DNA of 61,856 bases, the filler included, from Pseudobdellovibrionaceae bacterium (lineage in GTDB: Bacteria; Bdellovibrionota; Bdellovibrionia; Bdellovibrionales; UBA1609): NCBI GenBank assembly GCA_030591685.1. It is 5 parts of 5 records of this genome, joined end to end, with 100 filler letters (N's around TTAATTAATTAA, not from the genome) between each part and the next. Parts side by side here need not be neighbours in the genome. Positions count along the whole stretch, not along the records: positions 1 to 14,647 come from JAUVAX010000054.1; 4 more parts are not named here. One strand, given 5' to 3'. Positions 1 through 8,519 of the stretch are shown piece after piece. The position numbers and the translations under genes are program-made. Positions within the stretch are counted from its first letter, which is position 1; each line of letters starts with the position of its first letter. A model generated the notes under the pieces. It searched no databases and was not told where the DNA came from. It saw only the letters and a program-made list of their open reading frames with translations.

Positions 1-1664
1 AAACCCGGACGCTCTTCACTTTCTTTTGTTGTAAAGAAGGGGTCAAAAACCCGGCTCACGGTATTCTGAGTGATCCCACCACCGGTGTCCTCAACAATGA
101 GTCGATAGGTGGCGCCTGATATTTTATCATAAATTTTTATATGAGAAGCGCCATCAGAACCAATAGCATCAAGGGCGTTTTCTATAATGGCCTTTAATGG
201 GACTCTGAAATCTTCGGCCGTGTAACCACTTTTGATAAGGTCATAGGTGTTTATAATTTCAATAGTTATGTTTTCAGAGGCGTTTGGGCTATAATTACTT
301 ACAATTTCAGTGATTAACAGCAACAGTGAGCGCTCTTTAGAAAAACTGTCCTCAATGACTTTTTGGATGTGAGCCCCTGAAGTTTTCGCCTCTGATATAT
401 TAAAAAGCGCAGCATCGCCTTTAGGGTGCGCTATGGTCGTTTTGTGCTCAATGGCCTGGTTTTCAGACAACACAGGGTCTGAGGTTAATATTTCTTGTTG
501 TAAGTTTTGAATTTCCTGTTCTGTGGCCTCCGCAGGGGGCTCTTTACTCTCAGTCTCTGGGCTCTTAGTTGGCAATAGCTCTTCTTGATCTATGACCGTT
601 GATGAGGGTGACTTGCCTGCCGTCATCGACTCGAGTCTCTGTAAACTAACCACAAGATCGGGTATGAGCTTTGCCATTTTCTCAGTTAATTTAAAATGTC
701 CATTGGTCAGGCTTTTTAAAGCATCAATAATTTCAAAGTACTGATCTTTAAATTTACTTGGAATTAATAATACAACTGTAATCGCTAACATGAAAACTAT
801 AAGATAGTGCAACACTGAGCCTGAAATAAGCCCCTTAAGCGCCTGAGAGTCTAACGTTAAAGGTGCCGTAACAAGGAGTTTTAAATTACTGCCGTTAAGT
901 GGCTGGATGATGCCTACTGAGCTTTCAGATTTTTTAAGTGAAAAAGATTTTAATAAGGGTTGAGTCACTTTTGAGAGTTTTATATTTTTAAATATAGGAT
1001 GGTTTTTGAGTAGCCCACCAAGGTACTCTGGGTTTTTATGGTTTAATGCATAAAAACCTTCGTTTAAAATCGCAAACTCCACGCCCGCTCTATTTACGTA
1101 CTCTTTAAAATTTGAAATAGCCATTTTCGGGTAAATGGCTATTATTAACTGACTCGCTTCTGTAGTTCGACTCAACTGTGCAGGGATGGCATAAGTCCAA
1201 ATAACTTGCCCCTTAGGGCTTTTTGCCCAACTCCATGTTGGTGTTTTAGCTCTTAAATACTGAGTTAAAGCCAACTTCCACGTGTTTGTTAAAAAATGAT
1301 CCGACCATGTCGACGACACCCCTGGGCTTAGAGACTGCCATGAAAACCGGTAAGACTTATTTTTCTTTTTTAAAACAATAATACCTAATAACCCAGAGTC
1401 CTTAAAAGCCTGAGAGTGACCCAGGCTTGTAGAACCAAGAAGTTGTACCTCAGACTCTTTATCTACAACATTTTGTACTTTTAAACCCTGGTCCTTGAGC
1501 TCTTGATGCATAAGGTTCTTTAACTGCCCTGAAATAAACTCAACTTTACTTCTGGCCATTTCTGTCGAGGCCGTACTCCAAAGTTTTTTACCTTGAGTTT
1601 GTAAAATTAAAAAACAAGAAATTACTACAGCAAAAACCAGTGATATGTATTTAAATTTATACAT
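1..1664 (-). CDS. Membrane-bound histidine-kinase-like ATPase (HATPase_c), 3' end outside window
   Basis: Not in ORF track (no stop in window). Manual translation from ATG 1664 (RBS AAGGAAGG upstream) is open to position 3: N-terminal TM MYKFKYISLVFAVVISCFLIL, second TM YLIVFMLAITVVLLI, N-box IIENALDAI, G1 IVEDTGGGI, F-box RVFDPFFTTK. Confidence 0.85.
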   Translation of the reverse strand, partial: MYKFKYISLVFAVVISCFLILQTQGKKLWSTASTEMARSKVEFISGQLKNLMHQELKDQGLKVQNVVDKESEVQLLGSTSLGHSQAFKDSGLLGIIVLKKKNKSYRFSWQSLSPGVSSTWSDHFLTNTWKLALTQYLRAKTPTWSWAKSPKGQVIWTYAIPAQLSRTTEASQLIIAIYPKMAISNFKEYVNRAGVEFAILNEGFYALNHKNPEYLGGLLKNHPIFKNIKLSKVTQPLLKSFSLKKSESSVGIIQPLNGSNLKLLVTAPLTLDSQALKGLISGSVLHYLIVFMLAITVVLLIPSKFKDQYFEIIDALKSLTNGHFKLTEKMAKLIPDLVVSLQRLESMTAGKSPSSTVIDQEELLPTKSPETESKEPPAEATEQEIQNLQQEILTSDPVLSENQAIEHKTTIAHPKGDAALFNISEAKTSGAHIQKVIEDSFSKERSLLLLITEIVSNYSPNASENITIEIINTYDLIKSGYTAEDFRVPLKAIIENALDAIGSDGASHIKIYDKISGATYRLIVEDTGGGITQNTVSRVFDPFFTTKESEERPG

Positions 1665-1824
1665 GAAAGCCCTTCCTTGAGGTCATTAATTACACGACCT
1701 CTTTTATTGTAGTTAAAAATAGCTCCGTAGAGCAAGAAATCAGTGGTTGAAAGCCCATTAGACCCCACAAGGCCGACGCGCTGCGCATGGAGCCTGACAA
1801 AAAAAAAATATACTTACTACAGCC

Positions 1825-3450
1825 ATGCAGACAGATGTGGACTTTTTAATCTTAGGCACCGGCGTGGCAGGCCTTAATTTTGCTCTTAAGGCCTGTGAGT
1901 ACGGCAAAGTGTTACTCGTGGCTAAATCAAAATTTCAAAAGGCTAATTCACGCTTAGCCCAAGGCGGGATAGCGTCTGTCACGGCCTCTTCAGATAGTTT
2001 TGAAAATCACCTTAAAGACACGCTCACTGCGGGGGCTGGCCTCTGCAGCCCTTCAGTCGTACAAAGTATTGTCGAGGAGGGCCCCGCAAGGATCCAAGAT
2101 TTAATTGATTATGGGGTTAAATTTGACTCTCAACCCGGCAGCGCTGACTACTCACTCACTCAAGAGGGAGGGCACTCCGACCGCCGAATTTTACACATTT
2201 CAGATCACACCGGCGAAGGCATTCACCAAGTTCTTCTTGAAACGGCAATGAAACACCCCAACATTGAGCTTATTGAAGACCACTTAGCCGTAGAGCTCAT
2301 CACTTTACAAAATTTATCTGAGTTTAAAACCTCCTCAAACCAATGCCTCGGTGCCTATTTACTCAATAAAAACTCCATGGATACCTTCCCTGTTGTCGCA
2401 AAAGCGACCATTTTAGCCACCGGAGGAGCTGGGAAAACTTACCTTTACACCTCAAACTGGGAGGGCGCCACTGGAGACGGCCTTGCCATGGCCTTTAGAG
2501 CCGGTGCACGAGTCGCTAATTTAGAGTTTATGCAGTTTCACCCCACATGCCTTTACCACCCTAATGCCAGAAATTTTTTAATTTCTGAAGCCCTCAGAGG
2601 TGAAGGCGGCGAACTGGTCAATCATGAGGGGCGTGCTTTTATGAGCACTTATCATAAACTAAAAAACCTCGCCCCTCGTGACATTGTTGCAAGAGGCATT
2701 GATGCTGAGATGAAAAAAACTGGAGCTGATTGTGTATTTTTAGATATGACACATCTAAATCCTCATTTTTTAGAAACTCGGTTTCCCACGATTCATTCTA
2801 AATGTTTAGAGCTGGGGATTAATATTACAAAAGAGCCCATACCTGTTGTCCCCGCCGCTCACTACCTTTGCGGGGGGGTTCTTACTAATGACCACGGAGA
2901 AACAGACCTCAAAAACCTTTATGCTGTTGGTGAGACGGCTTGCACAGGCCTGCACGGGGCCAATCGACTGGCGAGTAACTCTTTACTCGAGTGTCTTGTT
3001 CTCTCTCACAGGGCTGCTGAGCATATAAAACCCCTTATTTCAAAGACATCCCCCTTTGATGTTTTAAAGATCCCGAGCTGGCCCCATAAAAACAAACAAG
3101 ACCCTGATGAACTGATCGTTATTGGGCACATGTGGGAAGAGGTTCGCCACCTTATGTGGAATTATGTGGGGATTGTCCGCTCTAACCGAAGGCTTAAAAG
3201 AGCCTCAACACGCCTTCAAAACATCAAACGAGAAATTGCCGAATATTACTCAAATACTAAAACACACCCAGACCTCGTAGAGCTTAGAAACATAGCCCTT
3301 GTGGCTGACCTTACTGTACAATGCGCCCTCTTAAGGGCTGAATCAAGAGGCATACATTACAACTTAGACTACCCCGAGCTGAAGGGCGAAGAGTCACCAG
3401 GTAAAAATACAATTATCAGTCCGCAAGATTTTATAGGGTACGGATTTTAA
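1825..3450 (+). CDS. nadB: L-aspartate oxidase
   Basis: FAD motif ILGTGVAG, SRLAQGGIA, EGGHS..RILH, QFHPT, LISEALRGEG, AAHYLCGG, GLHGANRLASNSLLE, ESRGIHY. Confidence 0.95.
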   Translation: MQTDVDFLILGTGVAGLNFALKACEYGKVLLVAKSKFQKANSRLAQGGIASVTASSDSFENHLKDTLTAGAGLCSPSVVQSIVEEGPARIQDLIDYGVKFDSQPGSADYSLTQEGGHSDRRILHISDHTGEGIHQVLLETAMKHPNIELIEDHLAVELITLQNLSEFKTSSNQCLGAYLLNKNSMDTFPVVAKATILATGGAGKTYLYTSNWEGATGDGLAMAFRAGARVANLEFMQFHPTCLYHPNARNFLISEALRGEGGELVNHEGRAFMSTYHKLKNLAPRDIVARGIDAEMKKTGADCVFLDMTHLNPHFLETRFPTIHSKCLELGINITKEPIPVVPAAHYLCGGVLTNDHGETDLKNLYAVGETACTGLHGANRLASNSLLECLVLSHRAAEHIKPLISKTSPFDVLKIPSWPHKNKQDPDELIVIGHMWEEVRHLMWNYVGIVRSNRRLKRASTRLQNIKREIAEYYSNTKTHPDLVELRNIALVADLTVQCALLRAESRGIHYNLDYPELKGEESPGKNTIISPQDFIGYGF

Positions 3451-3966
3451 CTATTTACTAGAGCTCCCTATATCAAAGGTCATCCCCACGTTAATAAACA
3501 TCACAACCCCGGGGTTAATATTGAACTTCATATCTGTACGAAACCAAATGCCTTCGGCCATGGGCATGAGTATGCCTCCGCCTATATGAGCCCCTCCAGT
3601 GACCGACTCTGCAACGCTCACCCCTGAATACTTAATCACATCTACCCCAATGAACACGATGCCGTATAAATCCTCGACGGGCATATTCATATTCAAGGTA
3701 AAGTGAAGGTCTAGGTAGTCCACCCCGGCACCCGTGGCATTGATCACACCTGTTTCAAACTTAAATCTATCCATCATGTACGAGCCATAAAGCCCCCATG
3801 AGGGCACAATCTCTGTGGCGCCATCTAGTTGGTTTGGCAGCATGCGTCCGACATGGAATCCCCAGTCCATGGCCCCTTTACTCTCGGCACCCCCATCTTG
3901 AGCAGCGGCCTGACTTATAGGCAAAACAAATAACAAAAAGCTCAACCGAATAACAAATTTAAGCAT
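3451..3966 (-). CDS. Small outer-membrane beta-barrel protein
   Basis: Signal peptide ending AAA-Q; alternating hydrophobic/Gly strands (GGAHIGGGIL, WFRTDMKF, FINVGMTF). Confidence 0.65.
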   Translation of the reverse strand: MLKFVIRLSFLLFVLPISQAAAQDGGAESKGAMDWGFHVGRMLPNQLDGATEIVPSWGLYGSYMMDRFKFETGVINATGAGVDYLDLHFTLNMNMPVEDLYGIVFIGVDVIKYSGVSVAESVTGGAHIGGGILMPMAEGIWFRTDMKFNINPGVVMFINVGMTFDIGSSSK

Positions 3967-4070
3967 AAAACCATCCTTTCAATCCCTGATACTATTATGT
4001 TAAAATATCCTATCAATGCATACAATCACAACACTTGACCTAAAACCAGTATTGCGAAGATAATTAACTT

Positions 4071-4913
4071 ATGTACGAACGATTTGAAGGCGAACTTAAA
4101 GGCCATAAAAACTTAGAGTTATTTTACCAGGGCTGGGAAGTTAAAAACCCTAAAGGCAGTGTGATCATTGTCCATGGGCAAGGGGAGCACTCTGAGTGTT
4201 ACAACCCTTTTGCTACTTTTTTAAATGAAAATGATTGGAATTCTTACGCTTTAGACCTAAGAGGTCACGGAAAAAGTGAGGGCCAAAGAGGCTATGCTAA
4301 AAACTTTGATGATTATGAAAAAGACGTCATCATTTTTATCGACTTTATTAAAAAAACTCACCCACAAAGTGGCCCTTTTATTTTGTTTGGCCACTCTATG
4401 GGGGGGCTCATCTGCATTAAAGCCACTATTGGCTATGGCAGCTCCCATTTGTCAGCCTTGGCCCTGAGTGCACCCGGATTGGGGTTAAACGTTGAGGTCC
4501 CTGTTATTAAAGATAAAATAGCTCACTACGCGGCAAACCTTCTTCCTAGAATTACGTTAGGTAATGAAATTAAATTTACGGACCTCACCAGTGACGTAAA
4601 AGTTATTGAATCCTTTAATCGAGACTCTTTACGCCATCAACGCATATCACCAGGGGTTTATTTAGGGATGAAGGCCGGATTTATTCAAGTCACCCAGTTT
4701 GTTGACGAAATTAAATTACCTGTCCTTATGCAACTCTCAGGGCTGGACCCCGTTGTATCCACACCAGCCGCTGAAAAGTATTTTAAATCTTTAAATCAAA
4801 CCCCTAAAAAGCAAATGTATGTTTATGAAAAAAGCTTGCATGAAATATTGAACGACAAAGAACGTGAACAAGTCATGAAAGACTTTTTAAGTTTTATAAA
4901 CACTTTGGCTTAA
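4071..4913 (+). CDS. Alpha/beta hydrolase, lysophospholipase/monoacylglycerol lipase family
   Basis: IVHGQGEHS, DLRGHGKSEG, nucleophile GHSMGG, D in DPVV, H in LHEILN. Confidence 0.9.
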   Translation: MYERFEGELKGHKNLELFYQGWEVKNPKGSVIIVHGQGEHSECYNPFATFLNENDWNSYALDLRGHGKSEGQRGYAKNFDDYEKDVIIFIDFIKKTHPQSGPFILFGHSMGGLICIKATIGYGSSHLSALALSAPGLGLNVEVPVIKDKIAHYAANLLPRITLGNEIKFTDLTSDVKVIESFNRDSLRHQRISPGVYLGMKAGFIQVTQFVDEIKLPVLMQLSGLDPVVSTPAAEKYFKSLNQTPKKQMYVYEKSLHEILNDKEREQVMKDFLSFINTLA

Positions 4914-4922
4914 GGATCAGTG

Positions 4923-5516
4923 ATGAAAACTCTAATAGTAATTGCAACATTAATTTTAACCGCCTGCTCTACCCCTGATTTAAATCCAGAAATCGAAAAG
5001 CCCCGGCTTACAGACTCACAATACTCTGAGCTTTTATCCAACCACACTCGCCGAGCAGAACACTATGATGGGTTTAACAACCTTTATAATATTAAGGTCA
5101 CAATATTGAACACAAAGGTCTACTCGGCAGTGATTGATAGGGTTCGATTTTTTAAACAATATGGATCTCTAGAGGCTCAAAAAGAAAGAGAAAAAACTTA
5201 CCAAAAAATGTCCACAGAGACCCATTTTTTTGTTAGCTACTTTTCGCCACAAAAAGGACTCACAAGGCTAGATAGAGGAGACTCCCTTTGGAAGCTCTAT
5301 TTAGACGTCAATGGTCGACGAGTGAAGGCCCAAATCATTAAATACCCCTCAATCAAACAACAAACCCGAGCCCTGTTCCCTCACCACAGTCGGTGGAGCA
5401 AAGGGTATTTAGTAAAATTCAGAACCCCAACAAATTTATCAGAAAACCATTCGGCTAAGCTTATTATGTCTAGCTCTGCGGGGAGTTCTGTTTTTACCTT
5501 CCCGGCACTTAGGTAA
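4923..5516 (+). CDS. Hypothetical lipoprotein
   Basis: MKTLIVIATLILTA-CS lipobox; immediately downstream of the hydrolase. Confidence 0.7.
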   Translation: MKTLIVIATLILTACSTPDLNPEIEKPRLTDSQYSELLSNHTRRAEHYDGFNNLYNIKVTILNTKVYSAVIDRVRFFKQYGSLEAQKEREKTYQKMSTETHFFVSYFSPQKGLTRLDRGDSLWKLYLDVNGRRVKAQIIKYPSIKQQTRALFPHHSRWSKGYLVKFRTPTNLSENHSAKLIMSSSAGSSVFTFPALR

Positions 5517-5543
5517 CAAGCCCCTCTAGAAGTAAATAAAAAT

Positions 5544-8516
5544 TCAGAAGTCTTCAATGATAATTTTTTCTATGAGCGGGTAAACTACGGCCAATTTAAA
5601 GGGGCCTGCTTGGCCATGAGCCTTTAGAGCTTTGGCGTACACTTTCAGTTGCTCAATGGCCTTTTCACTATGATCTTTTGATCCTGACTTGTAATCAACC
5701 ACCCATACGTTTCCGGCATCAACACCCCATAAATCGATCTGCCCCTCCATAACTCCTTTTGAAGTCTTCTGCTGAAAGCCCCACTCAACAAAACCATTTT
5801 TTAGTAAACTCTCTATTGGGGGAGTTTTTAGTTCTTTAACATACTCAATAGCCTTTAAGACATTCGTCTTCTCATTGCCGAACCACGATTGAGCCACCGA
5901 ATCAAAGTTAAAATTAAAATCATGCTTTAACGCCTCCATACACTTGTGCATTAAGGTTCCGCTTTGAATTTTCTTTAATAATGAGGGCAGGTTTTGTTTT
6001 GTTTTTACTACGTGCTTGGGGCTCTCTAAGACTGAGGTGACCGAGTATTTCAACCCAGATTGATGACTTGTTTTTATGTCCATAAATGGTGTTCTTAATT
6101 TTACTTCAGTGGCCTTTTTATGGCTTAAAGACTCGGGCTTCCAAGGGCCTCGATCGACAACATAGGTGAATTTATCCGTTGTGTATTTGCTTTGATCAAC
6201 AGGCAGGTCAACCCGTGCTGCCGGTGAGCTGGCTTGTACTTTTATATCCCAAGTGAGTAGCAAGCCCTTTTTAGCTCTTGTTAAGGCCACATAAAGCACT
6301 CTGTCTGACTCTAAAAGCTCACTTTTTTTATTTTGATTAATAATTCTCTTATCCATAAGGCTTGGCCTTAACTGAGCCTCTTCACCAAAGGGTATGGGAA
6401 AGCAAAATTGACCTAAACGGTTGTCGACTTGCAACACCCCCCTATGAGAGAGGCTCGGTCGCTTATGTAAACTAGGGATCATTACATAATCAAATTCTAG
6501 CCCCTTTGAAGAGTGGATGGTCATTAAGTGGGTGCGGTTAGGTTCAAGGGCCGCAACGGCATCGCTGTCCTCACCCCCCTCCTCTGAGATATATTCTAAT
6601 GAGTTATTAATGTAGTCTAATAAATTAAACCCCGGGCGTCTGGACTCTTCGGTGAGCTGCTGGATAAGTTTCCAAATATTTGACTCTCTACGCCCGGTGG
6701 GGTCGTACTGAGTTGAAATATCTAAAAAACCATAACTCAAAAGTGTTTTTTTAACTGATTCTATAACTCCTAATTCGTACTTTAGCTGAATCATTTTATT
6801 CAGCGATTGAATAGAGATATAATTTAAATTTAAAATTTGAGACCAATATGAACTTTTAGACTTAAAATCTAAATTTTTAACTAACTCTTTTAACTCTAAA
6901 GAAAACCAAGGGCTTTTAAATAAACCAATCAGGTTTTCATTGTCGTGGGGGTTAATTAAAAACTTCAGGGTCATTAAAAAATCAATGACCTCTCTTCGTT
7001 TTGAAAACCCACCTGATGAGTGAACCTGAGTTGGCACGCCGAGAGTTTGTAAAAACAAGGCTATATTAGTAAGCCCTCTGTTTGTTCGCCCGAGTATACA
7101 AATCTCTTCACTTTTTACCCCTTGAGATTTTAAATCTATAATGTGTTGGGCTATGGCTTTGTACTCTTGGTCAGGATCCTCTGCCAAGTTAACAAGAGCC
7201 ACCTTTGCCACCACTTGAGAGTTTTTATATTCGTTAGTCTTAGGCTCCATATTTTGAAAATTATTAAGCCTTGAGAAATAATAATTAAAAAACTCTAACA
7301 ACTCCGGCCTGGAGCGATAGTTTTTGGTCTTAAACTCTACTTGAGCACCCAGCTTTTCTAAAGTTTTTTGTTTTTTTGAGAACACTTCATAATCGGCCCC
7401 TCTAAATAGATAAATTGATTGTTGAGGGTCCCCTACCGTAAAGCTATTGCTCTTACCTATAAGGCTTTTAAGTAGCTCCACCTGTACAGGGCTCGTGTCT
7501 TGGTACTCGTCAACAAGCCAATAATCATACTCAGCAGAGAAGGCTTGAGCTAAACCTGAGTTTTCTCTTAAAGCCATAATCGAAAACAACTCTAAGTCTG
7601 CCATTTCAAACGCACCGGTTTGTTTTTTACTGCTTATAAGCTGATCTGAAAACTCTGAAGCTAAAGAGTCAAAGGTGTTAAATGTTTTTACCGAGTCTTC
7701 CCATGAGGACTCATCCCATAGGCCTAAGTTGAGTAATGCTTTTAAGTCTTTAATGGCCTGTTGCACTACGCCCTCTAAAAATGGGTCTATTATGGGGGCT
7801 TTTTTATTTGCTCTTGGCTTTGGGCCCAATTGCTCAAAGGACTGTAAAATTTTACCTGTAACCCCGTCTGATGAAATCTTTAACTCTTTAGCAATAAGTA
7901 CTAAACCACGTGCATATTTATTCCATTTTTCATTCTCAGTTTGGTCAGAGATATCATTAGAGTAATTAATCAACTGTTCTGCCCATGCCTTTAACTCACA
8001 GGCTCTTTGAGCTTTAAAATCGTCTTTAGTAAATGGTTTCAATTGAGGGTTAATGAGCTTTGCCTCATAGTACTTTTGGCACATGCTTAAAAGAACCTCG
8101 TACCCAAAGGCCTCTATAAGTTCATAATGTCTAGAGTCATTGTTGACTAGTTTTCGTAAAATAAGTTTTTGCTCTTTTTTAGCTTGAACTGGAGATATTA
8201 AAGTAAACGAATTATCTAAGCCTACAAGATGGCCATATTTTTTTAAAAACAAACTCAAAACACCATGAATCGTCGTGATAAAAAGCTGGGGGGAGGACAC
8301 ATAGTCAATAAGCTCATAGTCTTTATCCGCACAGGCCTTTAAAATAAGTCGCTCTCGTAACTCTTGAGTGGCCTTTCTTGTAAAAGTAGTCACAACCATC
8401 TGCGGGTATTTTTGGTGTGCTTTATGAAACTCTAAGGCCTTAGAAAACACCTGACTTGTTAATCGAGTTGTTTTACCAGCCCCGGCTCCGGCACGAACAA
8501 TAATGTCATCTTTCAT
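5544..8516 (-). CDS. addA: AddA-like UvrD helicase-nuclease
   Basis: Walker A AGAGAGKT, TFTRKA, TTIHG, LVDEYQDTS, VGDPQQSIYLFRGA, MTIHSSKGLEF, LYVALTRAK, C-terminal nuclease GQIDL..VVDYKSG. Confidence 0.9.
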   Translation of the reverse strand: MKDDIIVRAGAGAGKTTRLTSQVFSKALEFHKAHQKYPQMVVTTFTRKATQELRERLILKACADKDYELIDYVSSPQLFITTIHGVLSLFLKKYGHLVGLDNSFTLISPVQAKKEQKLILRKLVNNDSRHYELIEAFGYEVLLSMCQKYYEAKLINPQLKPFTKDDFKAQRACELKAWAEQLINYSNDISDQTENEKWNKYARGLVLIAKELKISSDGVTGKILQSFEQLGPKPRANKKAPIIDPFLEGVVQQAIKDLKALLNLGLWDESSWEDSVKTFNTFDSLASEFSDQLISSKKQTGAFEMADLELFSIMALRENSGLAQAFSAEYDYWLVDEYQDTSPVQVELLKSLIGKSNSFTVGDPQQSIYLFRGADYEVFSKKQKTLEKLGAQVEFKTKNYRSRPELLEFFNYYFSRLNNFQNMEPKTNEYKNSQVVAKVALVNLAEDPDQEYKAIAQHIIDLKSQGVKSEEICILGRTNRGLTNIALFLQTLGVPTQVHSSGGFSKRREVIDFLMTLKFLINPHDNENLIGLFKSPWFSLELKELVKNLDFKSKSSYWSQILNLNYISIQSLNKMIQLKYELGVIESVKKTLLSYGFLDISTQYDPTGRRESNIWKLIQQLTEESRRPGFNLLDYINNSLEYISEEGGEDSDAVAALEPNRTHLMTIHSSKGLEFDYVMIPSLHKRPSLSHRGVLQVDNRLGQFCFPIPFGEEAQLRPSLMDKRIINQNKKSELLESDRVLYVALTRAKKGLLLTWDIKVQASSPAARVDLPVDQSKYTTDKFTYVVDRGPWKPESLSHKKATEVKLRTPFMDIKTSHQSGLKYSVTSVLESPKHVVKTKQNLPSLLKKIQSGTLMHKCMEALKHDFNFNFDSVAQSWFGNEKTNVLKAIEYVKELKTPPIESLLKNGFVEWGFQQKTSKGVMEGQIDLWGVDAGNVWVVDYKSGSKDHSEKAIEQLKVYAKALKAHGQAGPFKLAVVYPLIEKIIIEDF

Positions 8517-8519
8517 AAT

